A DNA stretch of 64,000 bases from Octopus vulgaris (GCA_951406725.2 OX597816.1:40424001-40488000); one strand, 5' to 3'; shown: positions 41,183 to 52,750, counted from the stretch's first letter. The notes: generated by a model from the sequence alone, not told the origin. Made by a program: numbers and translations.

Positions 41183-42201
41183 CATATAACCCCTCTTAAT
41201 ACTTGAATATTTTTGAATTTTCAGAAAATTTTAATTAATTTGTATTCTACACACGGGAATTCGCATGACTAAGAAAATAATTTTAAAACAATTTTTCGGA
41301 ATTAAAAAAAGTTTTCGAATTTTTGTTAAAATCACATTTCAAAATACGGAAATTCCGAAGTTTTGGCTTAAATTCCAGCAATATATTGGGTTGTCCGGAA
41401 AGTTCGTGCTGGTTTTTAAAGGAAAGAAAAAGGTCAATAAATACTTGCCATTACATTTTTAATCAAACAAATATGAACCATTTTGTTGTACAATGCGTCT
41501 CCATCTTTCCTTTAACTTGAAAATACCCTCTTCCCAGAATTGAGGTGGTTTCATGGCAAAAAATCATCAAGGTATCTTTTTACGTCATCCAAGGAATTGA
41601 AATTTTTACCATTAAGACTATTCTGCAAAGACCTGAATAAGTGGAAACCCGAAGGAGCACTATCTGCCGAATATGGAGGGTGGGGTAACACATCCCAGCC
41701 GAGCTGCAGCAATTTTTGTCTGGTTCCGAAAGCATCAAGTGCCGAAAAGGAACTTTCTTATCTTCCATTTTAAAGGGTTACATATTTAACACAGGTTATA
41801 GGAACAAAAACCCTCTTCCACGAAAAGATAGCTTAAACTGTGCTCTAAATGGAGGTGTAGTCAAATCCTATTCTATGGACTCAAACATGTTCTAAAATAA
41901 GTCGAAAGATAAGCTACTATAAAATCGGCACGAACTTTCCGGACAACCCAATACCATTAAATGTGTTGATAGGAAGAAATATTTTGAAAAACACCATTAC
42001 GTCAGACTTACAAACACACGTGGAAGGTGTGAGGTGGTCGTGAGGTCTGCGAAAAATAACGGCTAAATAACCCTTAAATTACAAACCAAAGAAATATTTC
42101 TGATTGTATAATCGTCTGAATTCTTGCGTGCAGAACACAAATTCGCAAAAATTTCCTGAAAATTCTCCAAAATACAAAGATAAGTTAGGAGAGGTTTTAT
42201 G
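41183..42201. mobile_element. Old MITE with ~85-bp imperfect TIRs, interrupted by a mariner
   Basis: catataacccctc…gaattttcagaaaatttt…gggaattc is the approximate reverse complement of gaattcttgcg…ctgaaaattc…gagaggttttatg. Confidence 0.6.
41386..41951 (-). mobile_element. Internally deleted mariner transposon
   Basis: TIRs TTGGGTTGTCCGGAAAGTTCGTGC / GCACGAACTTTCCGGACAACCCAA with TA TSDs; minus strand encodes QKLLQLGWDVLPHPPYSADSAPSGFHLFRSLQNSL (mariner HPPYSPDLAPSD region). Confidence 0.95.
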
Positions 42202-42537
42202 ACGTGCTGAAAACTGAATTTCGTCCAAATATAAAACTACGTGCATACAATGCTTCTGTGCTTCTGAAAGCTATTTGATACAATTGAATATATTCACGTA
42301 TAGCGATATTTTTCAGTAGGTAAATTCAGGCGTCTAAAATCAAATTACCTGGGAGATATAGTTTGTAATATTTATTTAGTATGGTATACCGGTGCCCATT
42401 AGAAGACAGAATATATAAACACTCCGAAGTTTGTTCTTCGTGACTCCAATGAAAGTTCTTTCTCTTTCTAAATGCACGCAAGGTCACAAGTTTCAACTGC
42501 CATTTTAGAGCACGCACACAAGTATGTTTTCGATATA

Positions 42538-42859
42538 TACTCTTTTACTCTTTTACTCTTTTACTTGTTTCAGTCATTTGACTGCGGCCATGCTGGAGCA
42601 CCGCCTTTAGTCGAGCAACTCGACCCCGGGACTTATTCTTTGTAAGCCCAAACATACACAAACATACACACACACACATATATATATACATATATGCGAC
42701 GGGATTCTTTCAGTTTCCGTCTACCAAATCCACTCATAATGGTTTGGGCGGCCAGAGGCTATAGTAGAAGACACTTGCCCAAGGTGTCACGCAGTGGGAC
42801 TGAACCCGGAACCATGTGGCTGGTAAACAAGCTACTTACCACACAGCCACTCTTGCGCC
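42538..42859 (-). mobile_element. SINE family A with internal deletion
   Basis: Head and tail intact; about 100 bp missing after gtaagccca. Confidence 0.88.
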
Positions 42860-42868
42860 TACACACAT

Positions 42869-43011
<143 letters not shown>

Positions 43012-43144
43012 AAAATAGTAAAGTGTGAAAAAACGACAGAAGGCTTAAATGTTAAAAAATATATATATTTGTGTCAAAATGTCTGGAGAATATTGGAAAA
43101 ATTTTTTTTCCTTTCCTTAAAATGACATAATTTTAAAATTTTTA

Positions 43145-43184
43145 AAGAAATTACCGGTTTCGCGTGTAGCTTTTCAAATTTCTT
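43145..43184 (-). ncRNA. Minimal type-I hammerhead ribozyme (U3-A8 variant)
   Basis: AAGAAAT-TTGAAAA-GC-tacac-GC-GAAA-CCGG-TA-ATTTCTT; 7-bp stem I, 2-bp stem II, palindromic stem III. Confidence 0.8.
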
Positions 43185-43320
43185 GTGACGTTATGTTTAT
43201 ATTGCATGGAATTATCGTTGTTTTTATTTCCAGGAGATTTCTAAATAAGGGGGGTAGTGAGTGATTTTTTCCGGTGTAGGGGAGATAATCGCTTAAAAAT
43301 TTTTTTTTCCCTTTTCCTTG

Positions 43321-44250
43321 TTAATTTCTCTGTGTCAGTATGTTCGGACGGTTGAGTCTGGGTTTGTACTTTTCAATGAAGAATGTTTCCTTGTTCAGTC
43401 TCATTTGTGTTGATGATCCGAAAGCACATTGGTAAAATGGGAAGATTAAAAATTGTGGCAGTAGTTGCTTTGCGCATTTCTCAATGTGCTCACTAAAAGG
43501 TATCATTCTATATTCTGGGAATGCAATCTGTTGTCGATGCAGTGTGCATCTGCGCCTGAGTGATAGTCCCGTGGAACCCACGTAGTCTTGGTGGCAGCCC
43601 GAGCATTTAATAACATAAATTATGTTTTCAGAGGCACAAGTAAAGTTAGATTTGATCTTAAATTTCTGTCCCTCTTTAAAGAAGAATTCTGATCCTTCCA
43701 ATAGGTTAGGACATGTTGCACAGTTCGATCTACCACATTTTTTTACTTTTGCATCCGTAATTTTAGAAGACGATTTTGCCTTTGTGAGAATCTTTTTAAG
43801 TGATTTAGGCTGTTTGTAGCTTTTAATGATTTGGTGTATGTTTAGAATTTCCTTTAATTTTGGGTTTTTATGAAGTATTGGTAAATTCTGGGTGATGATG
43901 GTGAAGGCTTCTTTGTTTCTGGGGTTGTATGTAGATATGTAAGGTAGTATTTTCGGGGAAGGTGTGTTGTTGTGTTGAACTTTTCTTAAAGTTTCTATGT
44001 TGATTTCTGTTGCACGTCTGATCCCATCCTCTATGAGTTGAGCTGGGTAATGTCTGTCAATTAGGGTGTTTTTGAGTTCTTGCAGTCTAAAGTTCCTGGT
44101 ATTTTGTTCTGACACTATTGTGCATATCCTTCTTGCAAGGTTGAAGGGGATGTTTGTTTTAGTGTGTCTTGGGTGGCATGAATTAAAAAGAAGGTATTGT
44201 TTGGCGTCTGTGGCTTTGTAAAAAATGTCTGTTTCTATTTTAAGGTTAAT
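43321..44250 (-). CDS. PLE polyprotein C-terminal part: RT thumb region, Cys linker and GIY-YIG endonuclease (5'-truncated, 309 open codons)
   Basis: IETDIFYKATDAKQYLLFNSCHPRHTKTNIPFNLARRICTIV…KKCGRSNCATC…NIIYVIKCSGCHQDYVGSTG…RRRCTLH…HIEKC…RLNKETFFIEKYKPRLN; no internal stop; no genuine start codon. Confidence 0.92.
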   Translation of the reverse strand: MNLKIETDIFYKATDAKQYLLFNSCHPRHTKTNIPFNLARRICTIVSEQNTRNFRLQELKNTLIDRHYPAQLIEDGIRRATEINIETLRKVQHNNTPSPKILPYISTYNPRNKEAFTIITQNLPILHKNPKLKEILNIHQIIKSYKQPKSLKKILTKAKSSSKITDAKVKKCGRSNCATCPNLLEGSEFFFKEGQKFKIKSNFTCASENIIYVIKCSGCHQDYVGSTGLSLRRRCTLHRQQIAFPEYRMIPFSEHIEKCAKQLLPQFLIFPFYQCAFGSSTQMRLNKETFFIEKYKPRLNRPNILTQRN

Positions 44251-44375
44251 TTAAAAAAATTAACCTTAAAATAGAAACAGACACGCTCAGACATTAATTG
44301 TACATATATTGTAAGATGCTTCAGATGTTTTTCAATGCAGGAGTGGGAATTGTCAGTCCTTCATATGTGAATGCC

Positions 44376-44691
44376 TAAAAATAAACATCGCCCTTTTCAA
44401 GCCTAGCCAGTCTTATGGGCCCGGTTTCCCGGTTTCTGTGGTGTATGTGTTCCCCCCAGCTGGACGGGACGCCAGTCCATCGCAGCGTTACTCATGAAAC
44501 AGGAAGAGAGAGTGAGAGAAAGTTGTGGCCAAAGAGTACAACAGGGGTCGCCACCACCCCCTCCCGGAACATCGTGGAGCTTTTAGGTGTTTTCGCTCAA
44601 TAAACACACACAACGCCCGGTCTGAGTATCGAAACCGCGATCCTCCGACCGCGGGTCCGCTACCCTAACCACTGAGCCATTGCACCTCCAT
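44376..44691 (-). mobile_element. tRNA-derived SINE family C2 with 13-bp TSD
   Basis: Minus head TGGAGGTGCAATGGCTCAGTGGTTAGG…GGTTTCGATAC; TSD atatgtgaatgcc/atacgtgaatgcc. Confidence 0.9.
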
Positions 44692-44719
44692 ATACGTGAA
44701 TGCCCAGGCTCACAATATC

Positions 44720-45540
44720 TGTGTATCATGCGTGTGAGCTTGATGCTGTTCTTTAAGAAATGTCGAAAGGCATAAGACAAAATTTTGATGTGATTCTGTG
44801 CTATACAAAAATCAGACCAAATAATTAGTGAACATGCCATCGGATTGACATTGAAGATCTACTTAATAATACGTATAACAACAATGGTTAAATCAATTAG
44901 ACTTCTACATGGAGTAGACTCTATCCAAATTACATTATATCCTCTAGTAGTTTCCTCAAACCTAGCTGTGGGATTATAAATGTTGAGTTTTGTCTTGTAA
45001 TAAGCAGAGCCAATAATGTTGGTACGAGGGAGCGAAAATGCATTCTCTAAATCAAAGCTGATAAGTAGAAATGATGAATCATTGTTATTCATAGGTGTGA
45101 ATAACAAGTATAAGAATAGATAACAAATAATGACGTGCTGATTACCAAGCTTCAGAATGTGTTTATTCTGTAGATGCAGCTAACTGATGCGACTGAATTG
45201 CAGTATGTGTAGATGGTCCAGGTGTAGATGTCAGAAGAAGAATTGTTAGATCATTTGTTGTTGAATTGATAGCTTGATCATTCAGTGGTTCATCACAGTT
45301 GCCTGTAGTCGTAACACATAAGTCAAATTCTTTGCTTTCAATAGATTTCAGGTGCTCATCATTCTCACAAGAAATAGGTTATTCAAATTATTTCCCATAT
45401 GGAAAGAAGAATTATAAAAACATTTTCTTTACAAAATGTGATTCTATAATAATAGAGTGCCATATATTTTATATTACTTATTATTATCATAGGTCTAAAG
45501 CACTCAATGTGGACATACAAATATCTATGAAATAAGTTTG
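44720..45540 (-). pseudogene. Possible very old PLE RT remnant
   Basis: SSFLLISFDLENAF resembles PLE RT motif A (LVSFDVxSLY); otherwise heavily decayed. Confidence 0.3.
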
Positions 45541-46029
45541 TCTAGCTTCTAATTGTACGTGTTACTTCTTCGATTTAAATTTGATATTTGAATGATAGCC
45601 AAAGAAAGAATATTCAAGCAACATACATCAATTAAATTAACGATGCTTTGGCTTTAAAGATAAATACCAAGGCATTATAGTGTTAATAATTTAACTGAGA
45701 TTAGTAAAATCTTCAATAATCCGCTGAGAGACAAAGAGTAGCCTTCTTGAACTTTCCTTCATTTTGATAATGACATAAACACCTGAATTGGATGATTGCT
45801 GATAAGTCGAAGCCAGTGTGCCTGTTTTAGTTCAAAGTGCATGTTTTGAGCTGTAATTAGCCTACTTCATCTATGGCATAATTAATTAATTAAGCATGAT
45901 ATCACAAAACTAATGGCAGCACAGAGTATTAGGACGGTCATAGATCTCTTGAACATAAAAATAAAATTCTGCCATGATGACCAGGTAACCCATTTTGGTA
46001 CTAAAGCAACGATATGTGTGTCTATGTGT

Positions 46030-46073
<44 letters not shown>

Positions 46074-46298
46074 AGCGTGCGTGCAAGTGTATATATATAC
46101 ACGTATATATATGTATATATACGTATATAGAATTAGTAATTTGTGGTAAATCATTTTACCTTTGCCCATATAATACAGTAAATGAATTGATTGCATCGCA
46201 ATCATTAACATTTATGTATTAACTTTGTTGGGTACTTCACTAGCAGTATATTGGATATACGTTATCCCATTGAGGGTTGCATTTACAACCCCTATCTC

Positions 46299-46386
<88 letters not shown>

Positions 46387-46912
46387 TAAATATATCCCGT
46401 CGTTAGACGATGGATTAGGGTTGTGCAGTTTCTTGCCGAACAACTACACAAATGATTTATTTATTGTGAAATAAAATGTTTGTGTTGAGCATAAGCTTAC
46501 TCTCTTCATCAATTTGACATTGTCTGTATAGGTGCACATGTGTGTCTCACGTCAAATGTCAAATTATCGCAGAGCAACATGAAAGGAATTATTTTGCTGA
46601 AGAAGATAACGTACCGTCCGGTCTAGTAATCGAAATCACGTGGGCTCGTAATCACGTGGGCTCCAAGCACATTCTTTCAACTTGGGTACGTAAATCCAAG
46701 TGCATTCTCTCTAAGTGCATTCTCAACCTGCTGTTGGCGGTAAGTACAGCCACACTAAATACTTGCTTAAACACATCTCACATGCCTATACGTCCATTCA
46801 TATATTCGTTTGTGTGTATGTCTGCGTGTGCGTGCGTGTTTGTGTGTGTATGAAGAGAGAGAAAGAAAGAAAGAGATTGATAAATTGGCATGGATATTTA
46901 CACGTAAGTATC

Positions 46913-46950
<38 letters not shown>

Positions 46951-46955
<5 letters not shown>

Positions 46956-47150
46956 TAATCCAAACAAGAAAGCGCAAAAGAACAAAACAACGCGAGGACG
47001 TGGAGCAAATATAGTATTATTGGACGCTCAAGAAAGAAGGAAAGAAGGAGGGTTTAACGTTTCGAGCGGAGCTCTTCGTCGGAAACATAGGAGAAGGAGA
47101 GATCCAGAGAAGGGAATACAGAGGGAGAAAAATCGCCAACGGTACACATA
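46951..47150 (-). mobile_element. Short noncoding hammerhead-bearing element (solo pLTR-like) next to (TA)n
   Basis: About 200 bp of unique-looking sequence starting at the end of a (TA)n tract, with a hammerhead at 47052-47086. Confidence 0.65.
47052..47086 (-). ncRNA. Minimal hammerhead motif (U4C core, zero-loop palindromic stem III)
   Basis: GTTT-CCGACGA-A-GAGC-tcc-GCTC-GAAA-CG-TT-AAAC. Confidence 0.7.
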
Positions 47151-47171
47151 TGCCATGGATACTTATATATA

Positions 47172-47361
47172 TGACGAGGTGATGAAAAGTTACTGGCTTT
47201 GGGTAGAAGAAAAGATAGGAGGATCCATTAATTATAATTCACACACTTATTGCAGCAGTCTTTCATTTTTTGTAAGCTCTGTAAAAGAACTCGGAAAATT
47301 GGGCTTCCAACCAGGTCTTTCGCGACACCCTTATAACCAGGAACTTTTCAGCATTCCTTCG
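47172..47361. mobile_element. Tc1/mariner-type MITE
   Basis: TA|TGACGAGGTGATGAAAAGTTACTGG … CCAGGAACTTTTCAGCATTCCTTCG|TA imperfect TIRs with TA TSD. Confidence 0.7.
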
Positions 47362-47971
47362 TATAATGTTTCCATGAAACTAGGACAGATGTAGGGTTGT
47401 TAAGCAATCATTATCATTTAATATTGTTAAGCAATCATTATTGGGCGTCTCTCGAAAGTCACCTTACAAATATTTATATTAAGAATACTACAGGACTTAA
47501 TAAATTTAAGCCTATTAATTAGTATTAATGTTATACTAATCACAACTATTTCGGCTTCTGTACTGATGTTACACATCTTCTACAAACCTATGCTTTTTGA
47601 CAGTAATTCTTTTAACGGAATCTTGTTTTGCTATACATCTGTCTACATTGTAATTAAGTATTTTTACCTGAAGATAATCTGCTATGAATCTTTTAAGTCT
47701 ACCTTGTCAGACGTGTCTTAATCATCTGACAACAGACAAACAGCTAATGACATCATACGCAACATATCTGTACTGTCCTCAATTGAATAAAAGGAAAGCT
47801 GAACAATCTTGTTTCCAAAATATCTGGATAATAGTAAAAAAAAAAAAAAGACGTGTTAATAAACATATGTATAAAATATGAGACACATTAAATGTGAGCA
47901 TGTATGCAATTATTTTGAGATTTATACGTCTTACACGGGAACTATACAACATATGCATATATATTCGCATT

Positions 47972-48352
47972 CCTTTATTCGTCTCAGTCATTGAACCGCT
48001 GTCGCACTGGGAAACTACCTAAAGGGATTTAGTGGAACAACCCTACCTCAGTACTTAGTTTTGAAATTTTGTACTTATTATTTTGGGCCACTTTTGCTAA
48101 TATGCTACGTTACGGGGACATGAAAATCAATCACTGGCAGCCAACATGCGTAGGGACTTACACACAAAAAAAACACATACATACATGTATGCTCATATGC
48201 ATATGTGATGAGATTCCAGTCAGTTCCCACGTACTAGCCACATTCGCAAATCCTTGATGTGCTCGCAGCTATATTAATTGTTCATGGTGTACATAGTAAG
48301 ACTGAACCTAGAACGATGTTGTAATGTAAGATTCTTAACAACATAGCCATGA
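47972..48352 (-). mobile_element. SINE family A, degenerate
   Basis: ctcagtcattga…gttacggggacatgaaa…gactgaacctagaacgatgt…acatagccat, collinear with family A. Confidence 0.55.
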
Positions 48353-48355
48353 TTA

Positions 48356-48394
<39 letters not shown>

Positions 48395-48516
48395 AGTAGT
48401 TGAATGAATTATCTTATTAAGGATAATTCGAAAGATAACCGATACCTGGGTAGCAAATTCACATCAGGATATTTGGATATTTGTTAACTAGTCGTTCAAC
48501 TCCATTCTTTCATATA

Positions 48517-48559
<43 letters not shown>

Positions 48560-48960
48560 CTAGCAGCTAAGCCCGGTTTCACTCGGTCAGTTTGAGTTAT
48601 GTGGCTGTGTTCGTTTTCGGTTAGGCATAATCTATAAGACCGTTTCTCAACCTTATCATTTCGGGTCCCCTGTTTCGATTGAAGCCTCCAGCTGTATGAA
48701 AGTTCCTGACACCACCCCATCAGAAAACAGCTTCTAAGCAACTGGTTGTTTTAATGGCGAAAGAAAGAGGGGAATTCCATTAGAAAAAGTTTTAATCGAT
48801 TTTCTTTGTAAGTATGGGACATAGGTAATAAAATACAAACCACATTCCAAACTATGCACCCGTTTCTACACGTGTGCCATTTTCACGCAAATCCACCCAC
48901 CCATTTGGCTGTGAATCTCAAGACAAGAAAGAATACAAGGATCGCTCATGTCCAATTTAT
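48560..48960 (-). mobile_element. Non-autonomous Helitron-like element
   Basis: Minus strand ends …ccgagtgaaaccgggcttagctgCTAG|T (subterminal hairpin + CTAG) in a TA tract; the 5'-end segment at 48922-48960 recurs at 49853-49899, where it begins A|TC. Confidence 0.55.
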
Positions 48961-49149
48961 TTCGCTATTAGCATTTATGCATTCGTCATCCAGATACTTG
49001 TATGATTTAGCGATTTGCTTATGTGTAAATATAAAATTAATGCAAAAAGCAGTTTGCAATGTTACACCAAAAACGAGAATTACAAATTCCACTAATTGCG
49101 TCTAGGGCGTTAAGGAAACACCTACGTTGCTAGAACTAAAATACCTGGT

Positions 49150-49852
49150 TTCAGGGTTTGAGATGTGGAACCACTTCTTAGCAGCTATTGCTCTCAGGTC
49201 TACTCTGGCCCGGAATGGTAGCTTCTATAAAGGTCCCAGCTACGAGTTAACTAGCAACCCCACTGCGACTGTGTGGTGGGGTCCAGTAGAATGCAGTCAC
49301 CGTTTTCCATGCGTGGCGTAAGAAGCGATTAAAAGGGGCGGAATCGAAAGGACTGAGAATCCTGTCCTCCTAGTAATTCTCTTTCCTAACAAGACAACAA
49401 GAAAAAGACCAGGGGTTGGGAAAAGGTTAGTACCAAATCCGCCCCTAGTACTAGGGTCATGGAATGTATGTTGGTGCAGTACAAGTGAGGTAAAGAGGAG
49501 AAGGATGGATGTACTTGCACTGAGCGAAACTAAGATGAACGGTGTGGTGAGAGAGGTGGATGCTAGAACCTTTGGTAGGGGAGACCAAATGGTGGGAGAA
49601 AATGAAAAGAATTGGCAGGTGAGTTAGTTGTTGTTTGTTGACGATACAGCACTGGTGGCGAATTCAGAAGAGCAACTGAAGAGACTGATGGTAGGGCTTG
49701 GAAGAGTGTTTGAGAGGAGGAAATTGAGAGTGAATGTAGCTAAGAGTAAGGTGATGAGATGTTCGAGAGATGGAATGGCTGGTAGGATGAATGTGATTAT
49801 AAATGGTGAAGATGTTAGAGGAGGTGAGTGTTTTAAGCATCTGGGATCACAT
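49150..49852 (+). pseudogene. Internally deleted RTE-type LINE: 5' UTR and endonuclease start fused in frame to RT
   Basis: From 49445: LVLGSWNV…MDVLALSETK|MNGVVREV…VS*LLFVDDTALVANSEEQL…LRVNVAKSKVM…FKHLGS. Confidence 0.8.
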
Positions 49853-50105
49853 GACAAGAAAGAATACAACGATCGCCCATGTCCAATTTATATTATTGAT
49901 TAGCAGTTTGCAATATTTCACCAAAGAGAAAAAAAAAAGAAAAGAGAATTGGAAATGTCACTAAATGTGACTAAGATGTTAGGAAACACCTACATTGTTA
50001 GATCTAAGATCTAAACCGTTCTAATTCGGTAGTTAACGCACATGAATGAAAAGACATAGACTAACAGAGACCATAATCGACCGAAAAGTGCCGACCAAGA
50101 ATTCG

Positions 50106-50152
50106 TAATACTGACGCGTCAGTTTCGGCAATTACCGTTGCCTCATCGGTTA
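50106..50152 (-). ncRNA. Hammerhead ribozyme motif with 14-nt palindromic stem III (U4C core)
   Basis: TAA-CCGATGA-GGCAA-cggtaa-TTGCC-GAAA-CTGACGCGTCAG-TA-TTA. Confidence 0.78.
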
Positions 50153-50185
50153 AAACAGCTCGACTTCGGCTCTTTATGCTTTCGT

Positions 50186-50207
50186 CACACACACACACAC
50201 ACACACA

Positions 50208-50277
<70 letters not shown>

Positions 50278-50311
50278 TACACACACACACACACACACTC
50301 ACACTCACACA
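50186..50311. repeat. (CA)n microsatellite
   Basis: Visible. Confidence 0.95.
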
Positions 50312-50390
50312 CAGAGGTGAAATTTATAGAAAAACAAAAGACGAAGACAGGTGTATGAACAAGCGTGTGTATTAGTTTGATGCGAGGGGA

Positions 50391-50451
<61 letters not shown>

Positions 50452-50889
50452 TACATACATATATATGTATGTATTATATATATAACTTAATCTACACATT
50501 ATAAAGATGATAGCTACTAACAGATTCTTGCCCTGAGGATATGAGAAATCATGAGAAGAAAACGAAAAAAGGTTCATTCAAAAACTGTAGGTGTGAATAA
50601 ATATACAAAAGAAAAAGGAAGGAAGGATAAAGAAGAGTTACATCCCTTTTGGCCATAAAAACTATAATTAAACTAGTTGTAGAATAATACGACGGGGCGA
50701 TTTCCAAAGTTTGCGAGACAGCTGCTCAATCTAGAGAGGGTATTGTCTTCTAGTTTGCTAAAAGAAATTTATTCGTATGTTTGCACTTGTCGAATGTATT
50801 TTTTGGATCTTACAGTAGTTTAAAATCTAATCTTAATATCGAATCTTTCCATTATTTAATATAAACTAGCGTAAAAATAATTCTTTTTA

Positions 50890-51105
50890 GTCCTAGCACA
50901 AGGCCTGAAATTTTTTTTTTTGGGGGGGGGGGGGCTAGTCAATGACATCGGCCTCAGAACTCAACTGGTGTATATTTTATCGGTCACGATTGGATGAAAA
51001 GTAAAGTCAACGTCGGCTGATTTTAAAGTTTGAACGTAGAGGGAGGAGAAAGGCTGTTAAGCATTTTATCAGGCGTGTTGATGTCTTTGTAAGTTTGGCG
51101 TTTTA
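50890..51105 (-). mobile_element. SINE family B, degenerate
   Basis: gcacaaggcctgaaattt…ctagtcaatgacatcg…ggatgaaaagtaaagtcaac matches the reverse complement of family B. Confidence 0.6.
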
Positions 51106-51329
51106 ACTTCCTTTAAAATAGTAACCCCAATTTAACACACACACACACACACGCGCGCGCGCACACACACATACATACACACACTCATAGTATTTCAGGT
51201 AACTTGTAAATGAAGAAAGAAAAGAGAAAAAACGTGCCGAACATTACAGGAAAATTCTAAGATAAATCTGTCTACCAACTGACTGGGTATTTTTATCTGC
51301 TGTACTAAAAATATACAAAATAAAATAAA

Positions 51330-52750
51330 ATAGAATAAAATGAATGGGTTATAATGTCTTTTGGATACATTAGATTATTTAGAAAGTAGTCTGACAATGT
51401 GGAACTAAAAGAATCAAACCAGATTATACTGGAGCTAAGTAAGTAATTACGGTATAGACAGATGTAAATATAAATCAAATTTGGTTAAGGGAATTAGTGA
51501 CACTAAGGTTTTTCTTTTTTAGTCAGAGGATACGTATCAGTAGAACATAAAGAGGTTGTAGTGGTTGGTTCAAAAACTTTCCATTAAGATATAGACTTAA
51601 ATTTAGAATTACAGCGGGAAAAACGCAGGAACGAATACAGCATATTGATGTTAGAAAATTAATAGAGTAATGGATACCTTTTTTTTACAAGGAAACTTTG
51701 GTGAGATGTCCAACGGTGATTTGTTAATAACATCGAACAGAATATGCTGAGTATTGATATATATTTCTTTGTTTTATGGAGAGGGTTTTTTTTATATTTA
51801 TTTATATTTACATGCGCCCATGCACACGTATTTGCGTCCCTCTATATGTATGTATGTAAGTTTGTATGTATGTATGTATGTATGTATGTATGTATGTATG
51901 TATGTATGTATGTATGTATGTATGTATGTATGTATGTATGTATGTATGCATGTATGTATGTAATTATGTATGTATTATGTATGTATGCACGTATGTATGT
52001 TTGTATCCATGTAGTCGGCTATTTATGTATGTGTATATACAAATATATGTATATATTTACATTAGCATATATAATTATGATTTGACATGCATACATATCT
52101 ATTTATATATATATGTATATTAAACTATAATTATATACGCACATTATATAGCCTTTTATTTAAATATTATGCCTAGAATAAACAAAAAAGCACAACAGAG
52201 CAATGCAAAACGACTATATATAATCTAATTATATGCTGTTGTCTGATACATCTTCACGATATATAAGAAAGATGACTTTTGGATGTAAAATCATTAAAAA
52301 ATTGGTTTGAGAATGCTGAGCTAAAAGAAGGAAATACTAAATTATCTTATGGCTAAAGAATTAATTAGAATCTAAATGTAAACAACGTTTGGTTAAGCGA
52401 ATTAGTGACGTTGTTAGCGGATACATATCATTAACGGGTTTGGAAAGGCGGTAGTAATTAGTACAAAAATGGCACTTAGATGTAGACTTAAACTCAGTAG
52501 TGTAGAGAAGAAAATATATATATCACACTGTTGAAGAAAATTACGAAATTAATGAACGTATTTGCGAGTGAGTCTTAGAAGAGACGTCCAATGGCGATTC
52601 GTTAGCAATGTCACTCAGAAAAAGCCGGAAGGTGACATTTTTCTTTCGTTTATTAAAGACAATATAGAAGCGTAGATAATTACGTACCTCTCTCTCTCTC
52701 TCTTTTGTTCTGTCTCTATCTTTCTCAATCTCTCTTCATATATATATATA

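Noticed and set aside
44610-44690. tRNA gene (also SINE heads near 1600-1680, 39660-39735 and 56370-56440)
   Set aside because: These are tRNA-derived SINE heads with A/B boxes, continuous with SINE bodies; no complete cloverleaf.
50533-50565. Hammerhead-like CTGAGGA-TATGA-gaaa-TCATG
   Set aside because: Not followed by GAAA, stem III and UH; no stem I.
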